Shown here: positions 8,793 to 17,714 of the stretch, one piece after another | How the letters are laid out: the number at the start of each line of letters is the position of its first letter | Position numbering within the stretch: the first letter of the stretch is position 1 | Source: an uncultured Gammaproteobacteria bacterium | GTDB taxonomy: Bacteria > Patescibacteriota > Microgenomatia > UBA1406 > GWC2-37-13 | Reading direction: 5' to 3' | NCBI GenBank assembly: GCA_964396395.1 | Contig: CAYNFC010000007.1 | Location: 299 to 64,298 of the forward strand | Length of the DNA stretch: 64,000 nucleotides | Program-made: the position numbers and the translations under genes | The notes under the pieces: model-generated | What the model was told of the DNA's origin: nothing | Seen by the model: only the letters and a program-made list of their open reading frames with translations | The model's database searches: none

Positions 8793-9743
8793 TTATGGAC
8801 CAGTTGCCAGTCCTTCTACTTTCCATTGATTATCTTCTTTAACTAAGCCAACAAAACGGACATTTTCTCCCCGTTCAAATCCGTAATAAGAAATGGGTTC
8901 GTCAGCCGAGCTTGGATCCATAACCACGTCGAGAGTGATCATATACTGATGCCAAATTTCAGTCCAGTCTCCTTTTGATGACTCCTCAATATTTTTTATT
9001 TTTACTGAATTCATTGCGCTAAATTGCACTCCAAATGCCTGTTTTGTACTGTCATCATTTGTGATCTTTGAGGTCATCATCATGACCGCGTCACTTGCTT
9101 TACCCTCATCAATTAGTTGAAAAAAATTATTAACAATATTTTTCTCTTGGGGTAAATGCACTATATTAGCTCCCGATTTTTTTGTTGGTTCGATAGTTGG
9201 AGCCGAAACTAATCCTTGATTTTCACCTTTTTGAATTCGATCTGCGACTGCAATAGCTAATTTCATATTTTCTTCATTGGTTATAACTGTGGTCGAACTA
9301 CGGCTGACAGCAACATATCTATCCGGAGTGAGTTTTAAATATACTCCATAGAGATCTTCTCCCTGCCAAGAGACAAAATGTTTCATTTTAATTAATGCGT
9401 CTTGTCTTGTTGGCCGGCCTAAATATTCCGAACCTTCTTTCTGTTTTTCAAAACTTAATTTTGCTACATTAATTGTCAAGGAGCTATTTTCAGTTAAATA
9501 ATAACTGCATCCATGAATGACATTTGAATCATATCTATCAATCCTTAGCACTTTTCTTCCGAGAATTTTTTCAACAAACTCAGCTGAAAACTCAGCACAG
9601 ACATCTTCACTAATAATAATTTCTTTCTTGAATAAATTAGTAATTGGATTACTGGCGGTTGAAGTATTATTTGTCCGCCCCCGAGATAGAAATACCAATA
9701 CTACAGCTACCCCGATTATCAAAAAAGGAATAAATTTTTTCAT
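8793..9743 (-). CDS. membrane-anchored or secreted hypothetical protein
   Basis: The ORF extends to 9761. The start at MKKFIPFLIIGVAVVLVFL (9743) gives a typical signal anchor. No catalytic motif recognised. Confidence 0.55.
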   Translation of the reverse strand: MKKFIPFLIIGVAVVLVFLSRGRTNNTSTASNPITNLFKKEIIISEDVCAEFSAEFVEKILGRKVLRIDRYDSNVIHGCSYYLTENSSLTINVAKLSFEKQKEGSEYLGRPTRQDALIKMKHFVSWQGEDLYGVYLKLTPDRYVAVSRSSTTVITNEENMKLAIAVADRIQKGENQGLVSAPTIEPTKKSGANIVHLPQEKNIVNNFFQLIDEGKASDAVMMMTSKITNDDSTKQAFGVQFSAMNSVKIKNIEESSKGDWTEIWHQYMITLDVVMDPSSADEPISYYGFERGENVRFVGLVKEDNQWKVEGLATGP

Positions 9744-9794
9744 ATGTGCTAATTGTGGCAAAAATATTTTCCAAAGTCAAATTTTTAATTTTTT

Positions 9795-11288
9795 TTAACT
9801 TTTAACAAAAATTAACCTTCCCTCAATTTCCCTTGTTGTATTTTGATTGTTTCGGAAAAACTCCTCCAAGACCTGTTGAATCGAAGTCGTGATAACTTTT
9901 GTTTTTCCCGAAGCAGTTAATTCTTCCGGACTGATATTAAGATAGTTCTGGCAATTACCGTAGTGAAAATTTTGGATACAAAATTTATAAAAAGTAGTTT
10001 CAGAAATAGGTTGATTATTAATTAACAAAGACACAAGAGTTTTTTCTTTATCAGAATAAATCACTTTTACTGCATGATTAACTTGATAACATTCACCCTC
10101 ACCATCCCTGTTTTCAATTCTCATAAAATGGGCAAAAATTTTTTTCAATTGGTATCCTGTAATTTCAAATTGAATTAGAGAATCGTCGTACGGGAAACAG
10201 GCGAGGAAATTTTTTAAGGTAATGGCCGGGCCAATTTTTTTTACCCGGATTGATCCGCTGCCAACCAGAACCACGTCAGATCCCGATCTTTCCGCCAACC
10301 CATCGGCAGTAAAATTTCCTAAAGTTGTTTCTATTTCTCGTTTCGGGTGAGTTAATTCTTTTGAAAGCTTACAAATCAGGGCACTGTATTTCCGATCAAC
10401 TTCATCTTTAAATGAATTAATATATTCTTCCAGTTTTTTATCCGGTCTGGCAATCTTTTCATTGATTGGAATCAACTGCCATTTGTAAGAAATAATACTA
10501 TTAGTATCATCGTCAACTTCAATATCAAACCTTCCGATCTGATCAGTCCCGACTCCGGCCTGAACAATCAAAATATTATTTACTTTGGCCGGTTTTTCAA
10601 GAATGCTGTGGGAGTGACCGCCAATTATCATATCAACACCCCATTCGGGTTTAAGAAGCTTTGCCAGTTCAATGTCCGACTCATAACCGATATGGGTTAA
10701 CAAAATTGTTAAATCAATATCACTGTTTTTATAGGCATTACAGATTTTTCCAACCTCGTTACTTGCCTCTGATAAATTTACAAAGCTACCTATAAGACTG
10801 TCCTGCTTAATCGAATCCATAATTTTCTCCGTTATAATTCCGGTAAATAAAATATCAAATCCGGCCTTTTTGATAATCAAATAGGGATTCATTAGTCTTT
10901 TATAATTTTTCTTTATATAAAGATTGGCGTTAACAATAGGAAAGTTGGCAATTTTTTCCAAGAAAAGTAAATGAGGAAGACCATAATCTATCTCATGATT
11001 ACCTAAAGTGACAACATCAGGAGCTAACCAGTTCATAATCTCAATTGTTGATAATCCCTTCCATTCGGAATCAATGAGCGATCCTTGAAGCATATCACCG
11101 GCAATAACATACAAAACATTTTCTTCTTCTTTTCTAACTTTGTTAATATACCCTGAAAGAAGAGAAATGCCGCCAATTAATTCCTTTTTCCCCTCTTTGA
11201 TTTCTGCCAAAAAATCACCATGCATATCATTAGAATGGAGGATAGTAAATTTCTTTGTTTTCATGGTTAAGATATTTTTTTTGGCCAA
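9795..11288 (-). CDS. bifunctional metallophosphatase/5'-nucleotidase
   Basis: 497-aa ORF with calcineurin-like motifs (HSNDMHGD, GDMLQG, GNHEIDYG, GGHSH) followed by a 5'-nucleotidase C-terminal-like domain. Confidence 0.85.
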   Translation of the reverse strand: MAKKNILTMKTKKFTILHSNDMHGDFLAEIKEGKKELIGGISLLSGYINKVRKEEENVLYVIAGDMLQGSLIDSEWKGLSTIEIMNWLAPDVVTLGNHEIDYGLPHLLFLEKIANFPIVNANLYIKKNYKRLMNPYLIIKKAGFDILFTGIITEKIMDSIKQDSLIGSFVNLSEASNEVGKICNAYKNSDIDLTILLTHIGYESDIELAKLLKPEWGVDMIIGGHSHSILEKPAKVNNILIVQAGVGTDQIGRFDIEVDDDTNSIISYKWQLIPINEKIARPDKKLEEYINSFKDEVDRKYSALICKLSKELTHPKREIETTLGNFTADGLAERSGSDVVLVGSGSIRVKKIGPAITLKNFLACFPYDDSLIQFEITGYQLKKIFAHFMRIENRDGEGECYQVNHAVKVIYSDKEKTLVSLLINNQPISETTFYKFCIQNFHYGNCQNYLNISPEELTASGKTKVITTSIQQVLEEFFRNNQNTTREIEGRLIFVKS

Positions 11289-11590
11289 AGAGAACCCTTA
11301 TCTTTCTTTAGTTTGTCCCCGATATTTACTTCAGTATAAAATTGTGCGGTTGCCGGGATGTTATGTTCCTCCCCATTTTCCAACCTGACCCGGAAAAAAT
11401 AAAAATGTTCCTTGCGATTACTGTCTTTTTTATCTTTTGTATTATGGCCTTTATCAATTACTTCACCGACCCAGGCGGCATCTTTGGCTTTTAATAATAA
11501 CTTACCAACGAATAACAAAAAGCCAATAATTAACAAACCAAAAATCCCGAAAAAAATTATAATCGGACCAAAAACAATATATTTTTCCAT
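11267..11590 (-). CDS. small membrane protein
   Basis: The ORF extends to 11623. The ATG at 11590 (MEKYIVFGPIIIFFGIFGLLIIGFLLF) gives an N-terminal TM helix. It overlaps the start of the nucleotidase gene. Confidence 0.5.
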   Translation of the reverse strand: MEKYIVFGPIIIFFGIFGLLIIGFLLFVGKLLLKAKDAAWVGEVIDKGHNTKDKKDSNRKEHFYFFRVRLENGEEHNIPATAQFYTEVNIGDKLKKDKGSLWPKKIS

Positions 11591-11786
11591 AAATATTTTA
11601 AAAAATTTATAACTAATCAACACATATCATTTGCGCTTTCCCACTTCTCATTATACCAAAACAACCCAGTTCCACTACCCAGATCGAACATTGATAAAAT
11701 AAGTTAGAGCTTTTACGGCTGAAAAAAAAATAATTTTTTGATATCATGTATCTTGCTCTTTAACAATTCTATTTGTTTATTATTTT

Positions 11787-11859
11787 TCCCCTGTAGCTCA
11801 ATTGGTAGAGCAGGTCCCTGTTAAGGACAAGGTTACTGGTTCGAGTCCAGTCGGGGGAG
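11787..11859 (+). tRNA. tRNA-Asn (GTT)
   Basis: 73-nt cloverleaf folded by hand. Acceptor TCCCCTG/CGGGGGA, D arm GCTC-AATTGGTA-GAGC, anticodon loop CTGTTAA, T arm ACTGG-TTCGAGT-CCAGT. No encoded CCA. Confidence 0.85.
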
Positions 11860-11860
11860 C

Positions 11861-11922
11861 CTGGAGAATGATATTATAGCCTCATAAATTACAGGACCGA
11901 ATGGTTCTAAGCCGATATTGAG
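11861..11922 (+). repeat. direct repeat, left copy, abutting the tRNA-Asn 3' end
   Basis: ctggagaatgatattatagcctcataaattacaggaccgaatggttctaagccgatattgag aligns with 14485-14548 at roughly 70 percent identity by eye. Confidence 0.65.
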
Positions 11923-11930
11923 TTTTTTTG

Positions 11931-12287
11931 CTACTTGTTGGTAATAGTAAATTTAACATAACCATGGCTTGAACCGGGTAATAATGATGGATTGAACGAC
12001 TTTTTTACCGAGCTGACATTAATCGTATAGCCATATATCACAACTTTATCGCCTGCAACAACTGATTTACTAACAGAATCAGTCAGACCTTCTTTATGAA
12101 TAACCAATAAGGCGGATTTATCATTAACACTACTAAGACCAATAAAAATCTCACCAAAATGCATTTGGGTTCCCTGACTAAGTGTTTGAGTATTTGCCGG
12201 TTCTGAAATAGAAGTATTTTTATACCAAACGATCCATCCAATAAAGATAATGATGGCCAGAAAAGTAACGATTATCATTTTCTTCAT
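11931..12287 (-). CDS. membrane-anchored hypothetical protein
   Basis: 118-aa ORF with an N-terminal TM helix (MKKMIIVTFLAIIIFIGWIVW). Confidence 0.5.
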   Translation of the reverse strand: MKKMIIVTFLAIIIFIGWIVWYKNTSISEPANTQTLSQGTQMHFGEIFIGLSSVNDKSALLVIHKEGLTDSVSKSVVAGDKVVIYGYTINVSSVKKSFNPSLLPGSSHGYVKFTITNK

Positions 12288-12340
12288 GCACTAATAATAC
12301 ATCGTTTGACAATAAAACCCATATCTGAAACAATATATTT

Positions 12341-13867
12341 GTGAAGAAGTCTTTCATAATTCTTACATTAGTAAAATTTTCAACACTTTTTTTATTCTCT
12401 TATTTCCTAGTCAAACTTCTGGTTCCGGGTAAAGTCCAGGCATATACCCAGCAAGATTGCGTTAACATAGCAATGAATTGCGCAACGAGATGTATAAATT
12501 CAGTAAACGTTAAAAACATAAACATTAATAACCTTAATGCAGTAAGTGATGCATGTGCACAAAATTGTATTAATGAAATAACGGCTTATTGTGGAAATAT
12601 CGGCAATACACAACCACAGGTACAACAACCACAAGAAGAGCAACCGCAAAAATCTCAAGAACAACTGCCTACAGCCATTCCGCAGGAATCTTTACTCAAA
12701 ACAGCAATAAAAGGACAATACTATGAGGAGCCTTTATCGGATGAGCTAGTTGCATTATTAGGACCCGATAGTTCCGGAGGTCCTTATACTTTTGACCTCG
12801 ATACGATGGGCGGATTTCCTCCCATGGGTCTTATTCTGGGACCCGATGGTGTGTTAAGGGGTACACCGACGGGGAAAGACAGTAAGTTCAGGGCGTGTGT
12901 CAAAGACGCGGGTGGAAATACTGCCTGTAAAGTAATCAATATTGATGTGAAAAAGGAAGGTGAGTCGGAGTTTGTTGTACCCGGAAATTTTCACCTCACG
13001 GAATTAGCATACAATAATTTAACCTACGGTAAACAGTTTCAATCGAGTCAATACGAGCGGGTTGTGATCAAGATGCCCGATGGTTCACTGATGCACATGG
13101 ATATGGGTTCCATGGTTACTCCGGTTTCGGATTATGAAGTGAAAAGTGACACTGGCAGATTCATGTATGATTATAAACCTGCCTCGGGGGGAGGTTGCGG
13201 CCCTATCGGACAGAGTCCGACGTGGGCTTGCCGTCAGGTTGATGCGCGCGACGCAACGTTGAGGGTAAAAGGTACGCAATTTGCGGTTGATACTGATAGA
13301 TACGGCACAAACATTATCGTTATGAAGGGAGTATTGAGCGTATCTGACCCAAACGGCAATAAGACCGTTGAAGTTGCCGGAGGCCAGTACACCTATATAG
13401 CAAAAGGGGGGCTCCCGACCGATCCGCAGTCGTTTGATACCTCTCAAGTTGATTTCTGGTGGAAAGAAAAAACCGCTGAACAGATCAAGAGCGAAAAAAT
13501 TATTAGTTATATGGCTATTTTTCTGGTAGGGTTGTTCTTTATACTTTTTATTAAGGGCAAGCAAATTTGGCTAAACAGGTCAAAAATAATAGAAATAATA
13601 ATCGCAAACTGCTACGAACTTCTTGCTGTTATGGCATTTCTTATCGGATGTGTTGCTGTGGCCGTCCCACTAAACTTGTATGGAGGATTTTTCCCTCTTC
13701 CGCTTCCAATACTTAATTTTGTAACTTCCACCGCCTTCTTTGCAGTAAAAATGGCTGGATTAATCTTTGGAATCATTGCATTCAAATCGTCAAAAAAGAG
13801 TTTTGCTATTTTTATAATTATAATAAATATAGTTGGAATTATTTTGGGACTATGGTTCGGTTTTTAG
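12341..13867 (+). CDS. FecR-domain-like protein with Cys-rich N-terminus and polytopic C-terminal membrane domain
   Basis: 508-aa ORF with a GTG start and a signal-like N-terminus. The central segment LRVKGTQFAVDTD...VMKGVLSV...VEVAGGQYTYI resembles FecR/sigma-regulator beta-rich domains. There are about 4 C-terminal TM helices. The central 12.7-13.45 kb is visibly more GC-rich than its surroundings. Confidence 0.55.
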   Translation: MKKSFIILTLVKFSTLFLFSYFLVKLLVPGKVQAYTQQDCVNIAMNCATRCINSVNVKNININNLNAVSDACAQNCINEITAYCGNIGNTQPQVQQPQEEQPQKSQEQLPTAIPQESLLKTAIKGQYYEEPLSDELVALLGPDSSGGPYTFDLDTMGGFPPMGLILGPDGVLRGTPTGKDSKFRACVKDAGGNTACKVINIDVKKEGESEFVVPGNFHLTELAYNNLTYGKQFQSSQYERVVIKMPDGSLMHMDMGSMVTPVSDYEVKSDTGRFMYDYKPASGGGCGPIGQSPTWACRQVDARDATLRVKGTQFAVDTDRYGTNIIVMKGVLSVSDPNGNKTVEVAGGQYTYIAKGGLPTDPQSFDTSQVDFWWKEKTAEQIKSEKIISYMAIFLVGLFFILFIKGKQIWLNRSKIIEIIIANCYELLAVMAFLIGCVAVAVPLNLYGGFFPLPLPILNFVTSTAFFAVKMAGLIFGIIAFKSSKKSFAIFIIIINIVGIILGLWFGF

Positions 13868-13882
13868 TACTACTGCGAAAAT

Positions 13883-14440
13883 CTATTTGGTGATACTTGA
13901 TTTCAACGAGGTAAAAATAATACCGATATTTTTTTTGACAACTGAATTAGGTTCATCAATAACTAATGGTCTTAAAATGTGCACAATATTATTTTGAACA
14001 TATACGTAATTGGTTTCCATTTTACCGCTGTCGGCAAGCTTAACCTGTACTTCAAGATAATGGCCTTTGTTGATCGGGTGTTCTTTTGCAGAAATAATTT
14101 TATCCTGATTTATATACTGCTGGTACCACTGTTGTAAAGACTCGCCGGAGTAATGGTTTTTTGGATTCCGCTCATCATTTCCTCTATAGACAGAATTAGT
14201 ATAATCCCACTTCTCATTTTTCCCGTAATTTAAATCCCATCCAGAGCCAGAAAAAACGAAATCGCAACCCGGTGGAAGAGAAATGGTTGTTTGTACGCCA
14301 AAATCAGAGTTTTTGCCGGTAAAACTTTTCCAATCATTGGCTCTCTGCTTAAATAAAGTTCCTCCGACGATTTCCAAAACAATCAAAACAACAAGCGCAA
14401 GCAAAAACACTTTTCCTCTTTTTCTCAGGAGTGGAACCAT
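13883..14440 (-). CDS. membrane-anchored hypothetical protein
   Basis: 185-aa ORF with an N-terminal TM helix (VFLLALVVLIVLEIVGG). Confidence 0.5.
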   Translation of the reverse strand: MVPLLRKRGKVFLLALVVLIVLEIVGGTLFKQRANDWKSFTGKNSDFGVQTTISLPPGCDFVFSGSGWDLNYGKNEKWDYTNSVYRGNDERNPKNHYSGESLQQWYQQYINQDKIISAKEHPINKGHYLEVQVKLADSGKMETNYVYVQNNIVHILRPLVIDEPNSVVKKNIGIIFTSLKSSITK

Positions 14441-14484
14441 GATATTAATTGTAACAAACCATTAATAATTCTTTACATCGTAGT

Positions 14485-14548
14485 CTGGAGAATATAACCA
14501 TAACCTCTTTAATTACAGGATCAAACGGGTCTAGACCGACACGCTGAG
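14485..14548 (+). repeat. direct repeat, right copy
   Basis: ctggagaatataaccataacctctttaattacaggatcaaacgggtctagaccgacacgctgag. Partner of 11861-11922. Confidence 0.65.
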
Positions 14549-14653
14549 CCAAATAGGACTTAATATAACCAATATCCACAAAATACTCCTTGACAAATCG
14601 TCTCAAAATGATACGATTTTATCATAAAAAACAGAACTCCTCATAAAAACACT

Positions 14654-14692
14654 TGCATAGATTTGCATAGATATGTTAAAATATACATAGAT
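14654..14692 (+). promoter_or_regulatory. tandem TGCATAGAT repeats overlapping a promoter-like TTGCAT-18-TAAAAT
   Basis: TGCATAGAT at 14654-14662 and 14664-14672, and ACATAGAT at 14685-14692. TTGCAT (14653) and TAAAAT (14677) are 18 nt apart. The whole region lies 15-55 nt upstream of the 14707 ATG. Confidence 0.45.
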
Positions 14693-14706
14693 TTAAATAT
14701 ACAACT

Positions 14707-15438
14707 ATGCATAAATTATTATCAATCGGACAAACCGCCGAACTATTAGGTGTATCTATTGATACTCTCAGACGATGGGATTCTGCCGGCCGTTTACGCT
14801 CCATCCGCAGTGGCCCAAGAGGTCATCGGTTTTATAATAGGTCAGACATTGATCAATATCTGCAAGAAATTGACACCATAGCTTTAAATTGGGCAAAATC
14901 TACCAATCCAACCGTGCCTAACACTGATGTTTACTGCCAAACTCGTGATGTATTTCAAGCCAGACTGGAAAAATTTCAATCAGAGTTAAGTAAAATCGTA
15001 TCAATTAAAATAGTTTCTTTAATTACGGCAGTTGCCGGCGAGATTGGAAATAATTCATTTGATCATAATTTGGGAAATTGGTCAGATATTCCCGGTATTT
15101 TTTTCTCATATGCTATCAGAAATAGGAAAGTAGTATTAGCAGATCGTGGTCAAGGCATATTGACAACATTGAAGAGAGTACGCACAGAACTGGTAAATTC
15201 TAGTGAAGCAATGAAAGTGGCATTTACTGAAAAAATATCCGGAAGATATCCAGAAATGAGAGGAAATGGGTTGAAGTTTGTAAGATCAATTATTGTGGAA
15301 AATCCATTTTCAATACATTTTCAAACAGGAAATGCTCAGCTATACTTAAAAAAGGATGACGTTGAACTAAATATTCAACAAACTAACACAATTATTCAAG
15401 GATGTTTTGCGCTTATAAGTTTTGAAGAGTTGATATGA
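14707..15438 (+). CDS. MerR/excisionase-type HTH fused to a GHKL (SpoIIAB/RsbW-like) ATPase domain
   Basis: 243-aa ORF. N-terminal LLSIGQTAELLGVSIDTLRRWDSAGRL is an HTH_17/MerR helix-turn-helix. The C-terminal part carries an N-box (GEIGNNSFDHN), G1 (ADRGQGI) and G2-like (RGNGLKF) motifs of histidine-kinase-like ATPases. Confidence 0.7.
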   Translation: MHKLLSIGQTAELLGVSIDTLRRWDSAGRLRSIRSGPRGHRFYNRSDIDQYLQEIDTIALNWAKSTNPTVPNTDVYCQTRDVFQARLEKFQSELSKIVSIKIVSLITAVAGEIGNNSFDHNLGNWSDIPGIFFSYAIRNRKVVLADRGQGILTTLKRVRTELVNSSEAMKVAFTEKISGRYPEMRGNGLKFVRSIIVENPFSIHFQTGNAQLYLKKDDVELNIQQTNTIIQGCFALISFEELI

Positions 15439-15701
15439 ATATTGAATTAAAAAAATTTGGAACAACTCTTGTCTCACGTCCAGCTGGGAAAGAAGCATGG
15501 TTAGCTTTTCAGCCTGTATTAAAAGGGATACCACCAGGTGAAAAAATTATTGTAAATTTTGATGGAGTAGTTGTCTTAACACCCTCTTGGGCAGATGAGT
15601 TTTTAACTCCTCTTAGAAATAATTTTAAAGATAAAGTTAATTTGATCAACACTAATAATCCATCTGTGGAAGCAACCTTGTCAATTTTAGATCGACCTTG
15701 A
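15435..15701 (+). CDS. STAS-like (DUF4325-type) small protein
   Basis: 88-aa ORF overlapping the upstream gene by ATGA. ...LVSRPAGKEAW...IIVNFDGVVVLTPSWADEFL matches the STAS-like anti-anti-sigma-type fold family that usually pairs with GHKL ATPases. Confidence 0.65.
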   Translation: MNIELKKFGTTLVSRPAGKEAWLAFQPVLKGIPPGEKIIVNFDGVVVLTPSWADEFLTPLRNNFKDKVNLINTNNPSVEATLSILDRP

Positions 15702-15806
15702 GGTTAATTTCAGACATCTAAAATTTGCAAATGATACGTATTTCAGGTAAAACCAGTTTTCACTTTCATCGCGATAGGGAGTAATTTTATTGATATAATT
15801 CTATCA

Positions 15807-17012
15807 ATGAAAAAAAATATTTTAATAGGAGTCACTAGTGGGATTGCTGCATATAAAATTCTTGATTTAATAAAATTATTAAAAAATGAAGGTCATGAAG
15901 TGTTTGTTATTATGACAAGGGGAGCGGTGGAAATGTTTTCTCTGACTGATTTTGAAAAAGCTTCAGGAAATAAAGTTTTTTCAAATTTATTTGAAAAGAA
16001 TTTTGATTATAAAGAAGTTTTAAAGAAAAGAAAAGTTGAGCATATTGATTTAGCAGATAAATGCGATGCAATGGTGATTGCACCGGCAACAGCCAATATT
16101 ATTGGAAAATTGGCCCAAGGTATTGCTGATGATTTTTTGACAACCACCGCCTTAACTGTTACTTCGCCAATAATTATCTGTCCTTCTATGAACGTTAATA
16201 TGTGGGGGAATCCAATTGTCCAGGAAAATCTTACTAAGTTAAAATCAATTGGTTATCAAGTTATTGAACCTGCAAAGGGAATGCTGGCTTGCGGATATGA
16301 GGGAATAGGAAGACTTGAAGATATAAAAATTATTAAAAACGAAGTTGTTAAGCAAATTAAAAAGGGTGATTCATTGAAAGGAAAAAAAGTTATTGTCACG
16401 GCAGGAGGAACAATAGAAAAGATTGATGAAGTTCGTAATATTTCCAACAGAAGTTCTGGGAAAATGGGAATTGCACTGGCTGAAGAATGTTATTTACGTG
16501 GAGTCGATGTTTTATTACTTCGGGCCAAAAATTCGGTTAAACCAAGATATCTAATCAGAGAAAAAATATTTGAGACAGCCGAAGATCTTTTGTTGCTGGT
16601 AAAAGAAAATATTAAAGATACCGATATTTTTTTCCAGGCGGCGGCGGTTTCTGATTATAAAGTGGACAAATCATTTAAAGGAAAGATATCAAGCGGAAAA
16701 TCTTTTAACTTAAAGTTGGTGCCGCAAATAAAAATTGTTGATCAGATTAAAAAGATTTCTCCAAAAACGGTTCTCGTCGCTTTTAAAGCAGTATATGGCT
16801 TGGGAGAGAAATTGCTGATTCAAGAAGGATTAAAAAAATTAAAAGAATCAAAGGCAGATGTCGTTATAACCAATGATATTAGCCGCGACGATCGCGGTTT
16901 TGAATCGGATGATAACGAAGTTTATATAATTTCAAAAGATAAATCGGTTAAAAAACTTCCATTGACTTCTAAACGAGAAATTGCGAAAGAAATTGTTGAA
17001 TTTGTTTTATAA
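15807..17012 (+). CDS. coaBC: bifunctional phosphopantothenoylcysteine decarboxylase/phosphopantothenate--cysteine ligase
   Basis: 401-aa ORF. N-terminal flavoprotein motif ILIGVTSGIAAYK, PAMN-like PSMNVNMW, and a C-terminal DFP domain (VTAGGTIEKID.VR.ISNRSSGKMG). Confidence 0.9.
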   Translation: MKKNILIGVTSGIAAYKILDLIKLLKNEGHEVFVIMTRGAVEMFSLTDFEKASGNKVFSNLFEKNFDYKEVLKKRKVEHIDLADKCDAMVIAPATANIIGKLAQGIADDFLTTTALTVTSPIIICPSMNVNMWGNPIVQENLTKLKSIGYQVIEPAKGMLACGYEGIGRLEDIKIIKNEVVKQIKKGDSLKGKKVIVTAGGTIEKIDEVRNISNRSSGKMGIALAEECYLRGVDVLLLRAKNSVKPRYLIREKIFETAEDLLLLVKENIKDTDIFFQAAAVSDYKVDKSFKGKISSGKSFNLKLVPQIKIVDQIKKISPKTVLVAFKAVYGLGEKLLIQEGLKKLKESKADVVITNDISRDDRGFESDDNEVYIISKDKSVKKLPLTSKREIAKEIVEFVL

Positions 17013-17472
17013 TGTTTTCCTCTCCGTTTTCATCATTAACAATTATCAAATGATTGATTATTGGTTTATCAAAATTTAATTCCATTTTTCTTGCATATTC
17101 CAAATCCAGAGGAAAATCACTCCTTTCCATTAAACGTTTTTCTCGAATAGATTTTTTTGTTTCAATTAAAACAAATTTTGCTTCAGGAATTTTATTAATA
17201 AAGTTAACTCTATATCTTTCTTTGATAAAAGTTTGAGAAACAACCAAATTTTGATATTTAGATTTTAGATTTTGGATTTTATTTATTAGTTTTTCGAAAA
17301 ACACATCTCTCATCTGATCAGTGAAAACTCTCTGTACCTTGATAGCCTCTTTCATTTCATCAGTTAAATCACGGTCTCCGTCATAAAAATAATAGTTAAA
17401 ATATTTTTCAAATATTTTTCCAACAAAAGTTTTACCGGTTCCCGGGAGACCAAATAAAATAATAAGTAACAT
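16969..17472 (-). CDS. P-loop kinase (gluconokinase/shikimate-kinase-like AAA family)
   Basis: 167-aa ORF with Walker A LFGLPGTGKTFVG at the N-terminus. Its 3' end overlaps the coaBC 3' end convergently by 44 nt. Confidence 0.6.
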   Translation of the reverse strand: MLLIILFGLPGTGKTFVGKIFEKYFNYYFYDGDRDLTDEMKEAIKVQRVFTDQMRDVFFEKLINKIQNLKSKYQNLVVSQTFIKERYRVNFINKIPEAKFVLIETKKSIREKRLMERSDFPLDLEYARKMELNFDKPIINHLIIVNDENGEENIIKQIQQFLSQFLV

Positions 17473-17510
17473 GAAGGAAATTATATATTAAAATAAATTG
17501 AGAGGAGGTA

Positions 17511-17708
17511 ATGAATATGACAGGATATATAATCAATATTGAGGAAAAAACTTTTAAAAATAATTATTTCCGTGAAGTGCTTTTTACCACTAACAAAAGT
17601 CAATTAGTTGTCATGGCCTTAAAACCGGGTGAGGAGATTGGGGCAGAAGTTCATCCAGAACACAAACCAGGAACGATTCACAAAACCAAGGAAGAGGCGA
17701 AAGAATAA
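17511..17708 (+). pseudogene. internally deleted cupin-domain gene
   Basis: 65-aa ORF. The N-terminal half of a small cupin (FREVLFTT.KSQLVVMALKPGEEIGAEVHPEH) is joined directly to the family C-terminal tail (KPGTIHKTKEEAKE). The beta-barrel core between them is missing. Confidence 0.5.
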
Positions 17709-17714
17709 ATAATT

